From contig DYEF01000023.1 in the NCBI GenBank assembly GCA_020725805.1, forward strand, positions 20,783-84,782: a DNA stretch of 64,000 nt, given 5' to 3'. How positions within the stretch are numbered: the first letter of the stretch is position 1; every line of letters begins with the position of its first letter. The notes beneath the pieces were generated by a model. It did not search any database, was not told the DNA's origin, and saw nothing but the letters and a program-made list of their open reading frames with translations. This document shows positions 48,087 to 57,348 of this stretch, piece after piece. Made by a program: the position numbers and the translations under genes. Source of the DNA: Bdellovibrio sp. Its GTDB lineage: Bacteria > Myxococcota > SpSt-1050.

Positions 48087-49073
48087 GTGAGTCCCGATAT
48101 ATTCAAAGAAAAGAACGTCATTAAAATTGCAGCCAATTATCCCGAACTGAGGGTCGAGAAACCGAATATATACCTTATCAGAAAATCCTTTGGCTATGTT
48201 ATGATAGACTGCGGCGGTTTTGACACAGAGAAGGACTTCGAAGGACTATGTAATGAATTACACACAAGAAATATCAGAGCTCAGGAGATAAAATATATAT
48301 TCCTTACACATACCCACAAAGACCATTCTTTGCTGTGTGGCAGGCTCCAGAAACTTGCCGGTTCTACGGTATTAGTCGGCAAGGAAGACATTCTCAGGAT
48401 TTCTGATAGCAGCTCGGAATACAGGGAGAGATACCAAAAGGTAACCGATTACCTCTCTTTCTGGGGATTTGACAACGATATGAAAGAGCGATTCTTCAGG
48501 TCGTTTGAAAGGCAGTATCACAATGCTGCTCTCGATCCGAAAAAGACCATACTGGCGGAGAAGGATACAGAGATTGAGTCTTTCAGAGTAATTTTTTCGC
48601 CGGGACACACAGCGGGTTCAGTCTGCATCTTTGATAATGAAACCGGAATACTCTTTACCGGAGATACCCTGTTGAAGAAGATAGTCTCCGTCCCCGTAAT
48701 CGAATACGACATCGATGCACCCAAAGGTCTCTCTCTTCTTACAAGACATACCGATACTCTCAGGAGACTTTCGGAAATAGGCTATGAGTATATTTTTCCC
48801 GGACACGGAGAACCAGTTATTAACACAACCCCTGTTATCAGCACGATTTTTTCATATATTGCGCGCAGAAGCAAACGAATACTTTCTCTCATCCATGAAG
48901 GGAGAAAGACAGTTTACAGTATTGCAGAGGCTCTCTATTCAAAGGATACCTTAAAAGACGTTGTTTACAGGGAGGGACCGCTCGTCTACGTCTCCGACCT
49001 GATGATGCCGCTTGAGAACCTGCTCAAGGAGAACAGAATCACGGTAACAAACGGTATTATATCGGCCGAATGA
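48087..49073 (+). CDS. MBL-fold metallo-hydrolase
   Basis: IDCG, THTHKDH (HxHxDH), PGHTAGS, FTGD, PGHG; C-terminal winged-helix-like tail. Confidence 0.88.
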   Translation: MSPDIFKEKNVIKIAANYPELRVEKPNIYLIRKSFGYVMIDCGGFDTEKDFEGLCNELHTRNIRAQEIKYIFLTHTHKDHSLLCGRLQKLAGSTVLVGKEDILRISDSSSEYRERYQKVTDYLSFWGFDNDMKERFFRSFERQYHNAALDPKKTILAEKDTEIESFRVIFSPGHTAGSVCIFDNETGILFTGDTLLKKIVSVPVIEYDIDAPKGLSLLTRHTDTLRRLSEIGYEYIFPGHGEPVINTTPVISTIFSYIARRSKRILSLIHEGRKTVYSIAEALYSKDTLKDVVYREGPLVYVSDLMMPLENLLKENRITVTNGIISAE

Positions 49074-49177
49074 TATTGCTTAAAGAAATTTTCAACCATC
49101 AGCGATATTTATAACCGGCACCGTATTTTGCCAATAAAATCAACCAAACACAATGAAACCGACACCATCTGACAGAA

Positions 49178-50080
49178 TCATTTTGAGTGAGGATGGCTTT
49201 TGTCGTAAACCTGCATAAGATGTTCAATGGATGCCCTTGCGTACCGCTGTGTGGTGGAGAGAGATGAATGTCCCAGCAGTTCCTGAATGAATCTTATATC
49301 GGCGCCGGAGCCAAGAAGATGTGTTGCAAATGAGTGTCTGAGTGTATGAGGACTTACGTTCTTGTTTATTGCGCACTTATCCAGATATTTCCTGATTATC
49401 CTTGCAACCGACCTCGTCGTGATTCTTGAGCCGTTCTTATTCAAAAAGAGGGCATCCGTCTCTTCTCTGAGCAATTCCGCCCGTCTGGCAATATATTGGG
49501 TAACCGACTCCGCCGCATAGGAGCCGACCGGAACTATCCGCTCTTTCCGGCCTTTTCCCAGCACTTTTAGTGTATTGTTTCTGAGGTCAATATCCGCAGT
49601 ATTTACAGAAACAAGTTCAGAAACCCTGAGCCCGGAACCGTACATCAGCTCCACCATCGCCCTGTCCCTGAGAGATAATACATCGCCGGCATCGATCGCG
49701 TGTATAATAGCAAAGACCTCATCGACACTTATCGCCTTCGGGAGAGGCTTTTCGGTTTTTGGAGAGGATATAATCTCGGACGGATTCTTACTTATAATTG
49801 CCCTCTTGACCAAAAATTTATAAAATGTCTTAATTGCAGAAAGCCTTCTCTGACTACTTGAGGATTTATTTATCTTAAAGCGGGAAGCCAGAAACCCCCT
49901 TATATCTACCGGTTCCAGTCTCTCGAGGTCCTTCTCGTCTGCTATCTCAATCTTTCTCTCTTTAAGGTATTCGAAAAATATCTCGATATCAGACAAATAG
50001 TTTCTAAGGGTGTGCTCAGAATATCCCTTTTCGACTCTCAGATATTCGGCAAACCTGCCTGTAAGTTCTTCACGGTTCAT
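49178..50080 (-). CDS. xerC: tyrosine recombinase XerC
   Basis: SEHTLRNYLSDI, RDRAMVELMYGSGLRVSEL, VLGKGRKER, SPHTLRHSFATHLL, ELLGHSSLSTTQRY, YDKSHP. Confidence 0.88.
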   Translation of the reverse strand: MNREELTGRFAEYLRVEKGYSEHTLRNYLSDIEIFFEYLKERKIEIADEKDLERLEPVDIRGFLASRFKINKSSSSQRRLSAIKTFYKFLVKRAIISKNPSEIISSPKTEKPLPKAISVDEVFAIIHAIDAGDVLSLRDRAMVELMYGSGLRVSELVSVNTADIDLRNNTLKVLGKGRKERIVPVGSYAAESVTQYIARRAELLREETDALFLNKNGSRITTRSVARIIRKYLDKCAINKNVSPHTLRHSFATHLLGSGADIRFIQELLGHSSLSTTQRYARASIEHLMQVYDKSHPHSK

Positions 50081-51559
50081 CTACTTGTATTCTGCGTCTA
50101 ATATCTCGATCTTGACCTTGTTTAAGAAATTGAGCGCCGACGTCGAGGCACCTCTGAGTTCTGAGGGTTCACCTATTCCGGTCCAGAGCCTTATATGTGT
50201 GGGATTGACAGACTCTTCATTAAGCGTGGGGTCAACAGAGAACCATCCGTCGGCCCAGTAGTCCAGCCAGGAATGGAAACCGAATTTTCCATCGACATAG
50301 ACAAGCCCCATTACAAGTCTTGTCGGTATCCCGAGGGATTTGAGGAGAGCCGAAGTAAGTACCGAGTATTCCGTGCAGTCTCCGACCTTCTGCTCATAGA
50401 CCTCCAGTGCAGAGAGGTAACCTTTCGAGAGCGATGCCCCTTTTATAAATCCGCCCACCTGATTGGAGACCTTAATTGCCACCTCTACTGTATCTGTCTC
50501 CTCTCCCGCAAACTTCTGGGCAAGCTCCATAATCTGCTCGGAGGTCGACTGCTCATAACGTGTAGGTTCGATGTACTTTTTGAATTTCTCGTCCTTTACG
50601 GGGAAAGGCACCTTTTTATCCATATCCGGCCGAATTCTTCTGATCTCCAGAACCACCGATTTACCCTCTTTCTTCAGTATCTTCTGATACTCATCTTCCA
50701 GAATCGGCGGAACTTCGATTGAGGAGAATGTAAGTTTCAGGGTGAGTTTCTCGAGTCTGTTTATAGACTTAATCGGCTTATCCGGTTTTATGAGGGACTG
50801 TTCGAATATATCAACCGGTGTAAACCCCTCATCCGCCTTCTTTTTGTCAACCCTTATAAAGATAGCATTCATTGTGGGTAAAATTACACATACGGGCCAG
50901 CCGGAGGCATCCCTCAGCTCGATATTCTTTATACCCGCAACCGTCGTTGTAGTCTTGTAGACGGAGTTGGGGCAGAGATCTATCGGTTCGAATTTCTCTG
51001 ACTGTGTAAGACCTTCCACCACATCCGCATCCGCCTCCATAATAAGCGGAAGTTTCTTCACAAAACCCGGATTCAGGTTTCTCCGTATGTAATATTCAAA
51101 GGCATTCGAAAAGATCGTATTCGGCGGGAGTTCCAGCTTCTTTGTGGTCTTCGTCCCTCCGATATCTATATTGATTTCGATGCTCTTCTTATCCTTCGAG
51201 ACCAGACCCATCAGAGTCCTCTTTACTCCTCCCTCGGATGCCTCATACCAGTACCCTATCGGAGAGAGGTCTTTCATATTCGAGAGTGTCCGGGACTTGC
51301 TGTATGTCTTCATCTCCGTTCCGCCTCTTAAAAAAACGGCATTCATCTCCTCCTCTATAACATATACCTCACTCCCCCTGAATTTCGAGATATATGACTC
51401 TAATCTGACCTTTCCGACCTTATTCTTGTCGAACAGAAGGTCATAGTACTCTTCGGAAATAACCTTCTCCTTTTTGAGTGTCTCTTCCGAATGCAGTACC
51501 GGACCCGCAAGTGATACAATAAGGATTAGAAAACCAAAACCGGCAAATATCTTTCTCAT
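50081..51559 (-). CDS. exported transglutaminase-like domain protein
   Basis: Signal peptide; GDCTEYS, GIPTRLVMG, FHSW, SVDPT (Cys-His-Asp triad). Confidence 0.88.
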   Translation of the reverse strand: MRKIFAGFGFLILIVSLAGPVLHSEETLKKEKVISEEYYDLLFDKNKVGKVRLESYISKFRGSEVYVIEEEMNAVFLRGGTEMKTYSKSRTLSNMKDLSPIGYWYEASEGGVKRTLMGLVSKDKKSIEINIDIGGTKTTKKLELPPNTIFSNAFEYYIRRNLNPGFVKKLPLIMEADADVVEGLTQSEKFEPIDLCPNSVYKTTTTVAGIKNIELRDASGWPVCVILPTMNAIFIRVDKKKADEGFTPVDIFEQSLIKPDKPIKSINRLEKLTLKLTFSSIEVPPILEDEYQKILKKEGKSVVLEIRRIRPDMDKKVPFPVKDEKFKKYIEPTRYEQSTSEQIMELAQKFAGEETDTVEVAIKVSNQVGGFIKGASLSKGYLSALEVYEQKVGDCTEYSVLTSALLKSLGIPTRLVMGLVYVDGKFGFHSWLDYWADGWFSVDPTLNEESVNPTHIRLWTGIGEPSELRGASTSALNFLNKVKIEILDAEYK

Positions 51560-52170
51560 AATTTTCTCCTCTTAAAACCTCTTACGACTTTATAGAACAC
51601 AAATACAATTATTACAAGGATAATGAAAACCTCGAAATACAGGGACAGAAATGATTTTAGTGACTCAAAGTTCCTGCCCGCTGCAAATGCAACTCCGGTA
51701 ATTACAAGATTGAACAGAAATGCCGAACAGACTGCCCCTGAGAGTGCCTTCGGAATACTCACCCCGCTGTATCCCGCTGCAAATACGATCGGTCCGCGCA
51801 GTACCGGTATAAATCTGTTCAGAATAATAATCGGCAGACCATATCTGTTTATGAGGTCTGTGGCCTTTCTTATCTTTTCATCCGAGTCCGCAAAATTTTT
51901 TTTCAGAAAATGACCAAGTTTTTCGCTATTGTATCTTCTGCTTACAAAGAGGCCTGCCAGCAGTGAGACGAGTGCCCCCGCAGTCCCGCCCGCTATCGAT
52001 GTGGTAAAAATCAGAAGAGGAGAATACCCTCCGTAAACAGCCATAAAGACGCCGAAGGCAAGCGCAAGGTCTCCCGGGACAACCGGGAGCAGATATTCGA
52101 GAAAGGAGAAGAGAAAGACGAAGAGATTGAGTTCGCTTTCAGATGTATTTCTTAATATCTCCTCAAACAT
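51556..52170 (-). CDS. DedA family membrane protein
   Basis: FLEYLLPVVPGD, RYG..IIILNRFIPVLR..FAAG. Confidence 0.88.
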   Translation of the reverse strand: MFEEILRNTSESELNLFVFLFSFLEYLLPVVPGDLALAFGVFMAVYGGYSPLLIFTTSIAGGTAGALVSLLAGLFVSRRYNSEKLGHFLKKNFADSDEKIRKATDLINRYGLPIIILNRFIPVLRGPIVFAAGYSGVSIPKALSGAVCSAFLFNLVITGVAFAAGRNFESLKSFLSLYFEVFIILVIIVFVFYKVVRGFKRRKL

Positions 52171-52282
52171 ATCTGTGACTCTGTACCGGAATACTTTATA
52201 TAATCAATCCCCGCAAAACACAAGAAAATGAAAAAGATTTTCCGCGATACAAGATATGCTCAACCGGTCTTCCGGCAAAACT

Positions 52283-52816
52283 TCAGCATCCGTTTATTTT
52301 AAGCAACCGGGATATGCAGCTGCGGATATAATAACCGGCATCTTCTGCACTCTCCTGACAGTTCAATTCATTTATACATTTTTTGAGTTCGCTGATGAGG
52401 TAATCATTTACACATACGAAAAGACCGCCGAAATCACAACCCGAAGCAGAGACACATTCCTTAACTTTCTTATTGTTGCATTCCGAATATTTCTTGCAGG
52501 CCAGCTCAGTAATTTTAGAAAAATCGGGCTTTTTGCAGTCTTTATAAAGTTCTTCAATGCAACTCTCTGTTTTATCACAACCTTCGTCCATACACCGATT
52601 TGAACCTTTTATAAAATCTCTCTGATAATACTCCTCCGGCATCCCTTCCTCACACTGACTGATACATTTTGAAGTATCTTCTCCCCCCTTTCCTCTGCAG
52701 CTGTACTCCTTTTCACACATCTTCTTGCAGTCAAACCGGTCAGAAAGTTCTTCCGTGCTGCATCCTGACAATATAATAATCAAACCAGTCAATAGAATAA
52801 TTTTTCTGTTGCTCAT
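52283..52816 (-). CDS. small Cys-rich helical lipoprotein
   Basis: Lipobox ILSGC; repeated CxxxC..C patterns (CKKMCEKEYSC, CISQC, CKKYSEC). Confidence 0.75.
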   Translation of the reverse strand: MSNRKIILLTGLIIILSGCSTEELSDRFDCKKMCEKEYSCRGKGGEDTSKCISQCEEGMPEEYYQRDFIKGSNRCMDEGCDKTESCIEELYKDCKKPDFSKITELACKKYSECNNKKVKECVSASGCDFGGLFVCVNDYLISELKKCINELNCQESAEDAGYYIRSCISRLLKINGC

Positions 52817-52844
52817 AACTCACTACAACAAAAAAACGTTTCAT

Positions 52845-53477
52845 TTAAAAAAGTGCCCCCACCCTCAGCACCAGACCGATTCCTCCTCCGTCTCCGCCGT
52901 CTTCAAGGATAATGTTCCCCTGAGGGACAGAGAACCATTCATACATAAGACCAATTCCGATATTTACCTTCTCTTTTATGATAAAGTCACCCCCGAAACC
53001 AAGAGAGGCACCAAAGGAGAGATTCCGCTTGTGATTCGTCCCGAAAAAACCATTTTCGAAGGAGTCGACGATATAAATACCGGGCAAAATATCCGCAAAG
53101 AGACCAAAAACCTCATCCATTCCCAATCTGAGTCTGACCCCGGCATTCAGGGGAACCACATTTTTGGAAATCTCGAAATTCATCGAATTCTGTGTATAGA
53201 AATCCGCAGAACTGCCTACCGAAAAATAACGCTGGCGGGCCATTATGGAAAAATACTCATTGACCTGATACCCTTCATAAAATCCGATAGCCAGTGCACC
53301 TGATGACTCATCCGATATCTTCCCGTTCAGGTTCTTTACAATCTCCCTTGTGTTTTTACCGATATAACTTTTTTCATCAATCCCAAGGGCATTTATCTCT
53401 GCCCCGAAGAAGAATCCTTCTGCAAAAAGACCCGGAGAGAATACGAGAAAAAGAATAATTATCAAAAAACTTCTCAT
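52845..53477 (-). CDS. outer-membrane beta-barrel protein
   Basis: Signal peptide, amphipathic strands, C-terminal LRVGALF. Confidence 0.78.
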   Translation of the reverse strand: MRSFLIIILFLVFSPGLFAEGFFFGAEINALGIDEKSYIGKNTREIVKNLNGKISDESSGALAIGFYEGYQVNEYFSIMARQRYFSVGSSADFYTQNSMNFEISKNVVPLNAGVRLRLGMDEVFGLFADILPGIYIVDSFENGFFGTNHKRNLSFGASLGFGGDFIIKEKVNIGIGLMYEWFSVPQGNIILEDGGDGGGIGLVLRVGALF

Positions 53478-53492
53478 AGTATGACCTCTTCT

Positions 53493-54089
53493 TTATTGTT
53501 CGGGTTTTACGGAATAAAAGATACCGCCTCTTAGTATCCTGACTCCGTCTGTCGCCTCAAAACCACCCGCTATATCCAGATAATATGAATCAAGGAGCTG
53601 TATCACTGAGCCCTCTGACTGTTTTATGGTAGTCCCGATCTCTGCCTTGGTTGTCATAATCCTCCCCTCAAGTGATCTGTTCATATAAAGTATTTCTGCA
53701 TCTATCTGTGTCATAAAAGTGGAAGGAACTCTTGCCTTCTTCGGGTCTCTGATTACCAGTTCAAGCCCGTTCTGACTAAGAATGTGATAATTCCCCTTGC
53801 ACATACAGGAATCGGCTGTAAATGATTTGCCGGTCTTCGGGTCGTAAAGACAGTCATTGCCGGAACTGTCGTAAGTCTCGGTACAGGGAGTACAATCATC
53901 ATAAGTCGGTAGTTTGTCACAGGTCATTCTGGCGTTTCTGTCCTCGAACTTCATCGTCCTCCCGCCCTCCTCTACCACAACCTTCAGCATAAAGGGATAA
54001 GGGTTGTCTCTCTCCATGTCTTTGGTACTGTATGTCTCGCAGGACAGGATAAGCACAACAGACAGAAAGAAAAAGATAAGAGTTCTCAT
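53493..54089 (-). CDS. hypothetical lipoprotein
   Basis: Lipobox LILSC after AAGGAGG; Cys cluster in the middle. Confidence 0.75.
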   Translation of the reverse strand: MRTLIFFFLSVVLILSCETYSTKDMERDNPYPFMLKVVVEEGGRTMKFEDRNARMTCDKLPTYDDCTPCTETYDSSGNDCLYDPKTGKSFTADSCMCKGNYHILSQNGLELVIRDPKKARVPSTFMTQIDAEILYMNRSLEGRIMTTKAEIGTTIKQSEGSVIQLLDSYYLDIAGGFEATDGVRILRGGIFYSVKPEQ

Positions 54090-54212
54090 TGTATCCTCCT
54101 TTGCCTGACTTTATAATATAAAATCCGGATTCTAAAATCAAAAAACCCTGCGTGAAAAAATTCACTTATGAATGCTTTGTCATACATTACAGGTCCTGAA
54201 ACCAGATTGTTC

Positions 54213-54243
54213 TTGACAGTATTTTAGTATCTGCTAAAATACT
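54213..54243 (+). promoter_or_regulatory. sigma70 promoter (TTGACA-N16-TAAAAT, extended -10) overlapped by an ArsR-type palindromic operator
   Basis: -35 at 54213-54218, TGc then -10 at 54235-54240; perfect arms AGTATTTTAG (54218-54227) and CTAAAATACT (54234-54243). Confidence 0.8.
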
Positions 54244-54247
54244 AAAC

Positions 54248-54553
54248 ATGTTCGGGGACGACAACATCAGCAAACTCGACGATGCAAAAAGAGTGGCAAA
54301 GATACTCGATGCCCTCTCGTCTCCTGTTAGGTTACTTATTGTCTGCTCCCTTATTGATGGTGAGAAGAACGTAAGCGAACTTATTGAGGAGATTGGGACA
54401 ACTATGGGAAATATCTCCCAGCACCTGCGGATTCTTGAAAATAATTCTATACTGGAGAGCAGAAAAGAGGGGAATAAGGTCTTCTATTCCATCAGGAATA
54501 ATAAGATAGTCAAATTTATTAAGGAGATTAAACAGTTGTGCGAAGAGAGGTAG
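54248..54553 (+). CDS. ArsR/SmtB family repressor, BigR/SqrR-like (two Cys)
   Basis: LDALSSPVRLLIVCSL..GEKNVSEL...NISQHLRIL...RKEG..VFYSI...LC; Cys in helix 2 and helix 5 as in persulfide-sensing BigR/SqrR. Confidence 0.85.
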   Translation: MFGDDNISKLDDAKRVAKILDALSSPVRLLIVCSLIDGEKNVSELIEEIGTTMGNISQHLRILENNSILESRKEGNKVFYSIRNNKIVKFIKEIKQLCEER

Positions 54554-54587
54554 TGTATACATTCTATAAAATATCGGGAGAAATTTT

Positions 54588-56165
54588 ATGAGAAATATCC
54601 TTATATCGCTTCTCTTTTTTGGTCTTTTTCTGGCAATATCTTATGGAATTCTTAAAAGTAACGAGATTGAAAAACCTGATATTGTAAAGTTAAAAGAGAA
54701 GTATTTAAAGCGGGAGATGAAGAAGAAGGCCGACCATTCAAAATTTGAGGTCTTAAATAAGGATTTCTCTGAACCGCGAGAAATCACACAGGCCTGTGAG
54801 ACATGCCATAACCTGACTGCACAGGAGATTATGAATTCGAATCACTATAACTGGGAACGGGTCGGTTATATGAAAGGCAGAGGGATAGTCTATATCGGCA
54901 AGAAGAATGCAATCAACAATTATTGTATTGCCGCACACGGCAACGAGAAGAGCTGTGCGAAGTGCCACGTAGGACTCGGGCTCGATAAGAGCGGAAATAT
55001 TATTACTGACCCTACAAATATCGATTGTATGGTCTGCCACGACAATACCGAGACATATATGAAGGCATCCGAGAAAGGTGGAGAGCCAGTGAGGACTCTG
55101 GATTTCAAAAATATTGCACAGAATGTCGGAAAGCCAAAGAGAAGCAACTGCGGTGTCTGTCACTTCTTCGGCGGCGGGGGAAATAATGTCAAACACGGAG
55201 ATTTAGAGAGTGCACAGTTTGAACCTTTAAGAGACGTGGATGTTCATATGGCGGTTGACGGAGTAAATATGCAGTGCACCGATTGTCACAAAACAAAGGA
55301 GCACAATATATTTGGCAAACTATATTCAATCTGCTCAATGAACAGGGAGAGGACGCGGTGTGAGGACTGTCATACCGAGACCCCGCACAGGGAGGATATC
55401 ATTAACGAACACGGTCTCAAGGTCTCCTGTCAGGCCTGCCATATCCCTGTTTATGCCAAGGTAAACTCTACAAAACTTTACTGGGACTGGTCAACAGCAG
55501 GAAAACTAAAAAACGGTGAACCCTATGTAGAGGAAGACGAGAATGGAAATCATAAGTATATGTCAATAAAAGGATCTTTTGTCTGGGGAAAAAATCTTAA
55601 GCCCGATTATGTCTGGTTCAACGGGACCGCCTCGCATTATCTTCTGGGAGATAAGATCAAGGACCCCAAATCCCCTCTCATCCTCAACCCTCTCTACGGC
55701 AGCTATGAAGACGAGGAGTCAAAGATTATACCTGTCAAGATTCACACAGCAAAGCAACCATACGACCCCGAAAATAATATTCTTATTATGCCAAAACTTT
55801 ATTCTGAGGAGAAAGGGGCAGGGGCATTCTGGAAGGACTTTGACTGGATAAAGGCCTCTGAAATCGGTATGAAAGAGCAAGGATTGCCATTCAGCGGGAA
55901 GATAGATTTTATCGAGACAAAGATGTACTGGCCTGTCAATCATATGGTATCTACGAAGGACAAATCTGTAAGGTGTGAGGAGTGTCATACACGAAATGGT
56001 TCAAGGATTGCAAACCTGAGGGATTTTTATATACCCGGAAGGGATTATTCGCCTCTTGTTGACGGGATGGGGAAACTCCTGATTATCTTTGCAATCTTTG
56101 GCGTTATTGCACACGGGGGAGGAAGGATTGCCGCCAGTTATATCCGAAGGAGGAAGATGAGATGA
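54588..56165 (+). CDS. octaheme c-type cytochrome, tetrathionate reductase (Otr) family
   Basis: Eight CxxCH motifs (CETCH, CAKCH, CMVCH, CGVCH, CTDCH, CEDCH, CQACH, CEECH); GKKNAINNYC, GGGGNNVKHGDL, WDWSTAG, WPVNHMV; N- and C-terminal TM segments. Confidence 0.9.
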   Translation: MRNILISLLFFGLFLAISYGILKSNEIEKPDIVKLKEKYLKREMKKKADHSKFEVLNKDFSEPREITQACETCHNLTAQEIMNSNHYNWERVGYMKGRGIVYIGKKNAINNYCIAAHGNEKSCAKCHVGLGLDKSGNIITDPTNIDCMVCHDNTETYMKASEKGGEPVRTLDFKNIAQNVGKPKRSNCGVCHFFGGGGNNVKHGDLESAQFEPLRDVDVHMAVDGVNMQCTDCHKTKEHNIFGKLYSICSMNRERTRCEDCHTETPHREDIINEHGLKVSCQACHIPVYAKVNSTKLYWDWSTAGKLKNGEPYVEEDENGNHKYMSIKGSFVWGKNLKPDYVWFNGTASHYLLGDKIKDPKSPLILNPLYGSYEDEESKIIPVKIHTAKQPYDPENNILIMPKLYSEEKGAGAFWKDFDWIKASEIGMKEQGLPFSGKIDFIETKMYWPVNHMVSTKDKSVRCEECHTRNGSRIANLRDFYIPGRDYSPLVDGMGKLLIIFAIFGVIAHGGGRIAASYIRRRKMR

Positions 56166-56815
56166 GTAAGAAATATGTGTTGATCTATAAAGGATTTGAG
56201 AGATTCTGGCACTGGATGCAGGCACTTCTGATCTTCTTTCTGATGTTTACAGGCTTTGAGATTCACGGCTCATATTCATTTCTTGGATTCAAGGAGGCGG
56301 TTACATATCATAACATTGCGGCATACCTCTTTCTGGCACTGACCGTCTTTGCAATCTTCTGGCATTTTACAACTGGAGAATATAAGCAATATATACCTAC
56401 CTTTAAAAACATCAAAGCACAGCTGGATTATTATCTCCTTGGAATATTCAGAAACGCACCTCACCCTACCAGAAAGACACTGCTCAGCAAGCTCAATCCA
56501 CTGCAGAGGCTTACATATTTTGGGCTTAAGATTATTCTGATTCCCGCAAGCATACTCTCGGGAATTCTCTATATGCTCTACAGATACCCTTCCCGCTACG
56601 GAATAGAGGCGATAAATATTGGTTCGCTCGAAGTTATTGCAATAATACATACGGCTGCGGCTCTTCTTCTTGTGACTTTTGTGATCGTCCATCTATATCT
56701 TATCACTACTGGTACGACAATTACATCAAATCTCAGGGCTATGCTGACAGGTTACGAGGAGCTCGAGGAGGAAGAGCATAAAACGAACGAGACAGAAAGC
56801 AAAAGTGAGGTGTAA
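56162..56815 (+). CDS. cytochrome b/b6-type membrane anchor (PhsC-like)
   Basis: FERFWHWMQA, TGFEIHG, FWHFTTGE, KLNPLQRLTY, IIHT...VHLYL; four TM helices with heme-ligand His. Confidence 0.88.
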   Translation: MSKKYVLIYKGFERFWHWMQALLIFFLMFTGFEIHGSYSFLGFKEAVTYHNIAAYLFLALTVFAIFWHFTTGEYKQYIPTFKNIKAQLDYYLLGIFRNAPHPTRKTLLSKLNPLQRLTYFGLKIILIPASILSGILYMLYRYPSRYGIEAINIGSLEVIAIIHTAAALLLVTFVIVHLYLITTGTTITSNLRAMLTGYEELEEEEHKTNETESKSEV

Positions 56816-56817
56816 TT

Positions 56818-57336
56818 ATGGAAGAGAACAAGTATATGAATCCGTATCTTGCCGGGTTTTTACTCGGACTCCTGCTTCTGTCAACCATTTACATAACAGG
56901 GAGAGGTCTCGGGGCGAGCGGTGCTATAAAGAGTGCGGTTGTTGCCGGCGTGGAGGTAGTTGCTCCATCTCATACTTCAAACACAAAGTTCTATCAGGAG
57001 TATTCAAAGGAACACGAAGGGACAAGCCCTCTTATGAACTGGCTGGTATTCGAGGTAGTAGGTGTTCTAATCGGCGCATTTCTCTCGGGGCTGATATCCG
57101 GAAGGCTCGACCTGAAATTCGAAAAAGGTCCGAATGCAACCACACGTATGAGATTCTGGGGTGCACTGATTGGCGGAATGCTATGGGGAATCGGTTCACA
57201 GCTCGGAAGGGGTTGTACGAGCGGTGCCGCACTCTCCGGTATGGCGGTGATGTCAACTGGCGGACTCCTTGTAATGATATCCATCTTCGGCGGGGCTTAC
57301 GGCTTTGCATATTTTTTACGAAAATTCTGGATATAG
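56818..57336 (+). CDS. YeeE/YedE family sulfur-compound transporter
   Basis: YMNPYLAG, GRGLGASG, GSQLGRGCTSG. Confidence 0.88.
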   Translation: MEENKYMNPYLAGFLLGLLLLSTIYITGRGLGASGAIKSAVVAGVEVVAPSHTSNTKFYQEYSKEHEGTSPLMNWLVFEVVGVLIGAFLSGLISGRLDLKFEKGPNATTRMRFWGALIGGMLWGIGSQLGRGCTSGAALSGMAVMSTGGLLVMISIFGGAYGFAYFLRKFWI

Positions 57337-57348
57337 GGAGGGATTACT

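Noticed and set aside
49178-50080. Tyrosine recombinase as a prophage/island integrase
   Set aside because: Size and motifs fit housekeeping XerC; it is in an operon with dedA/TGase, and no att repeats or phage genes are nearby.
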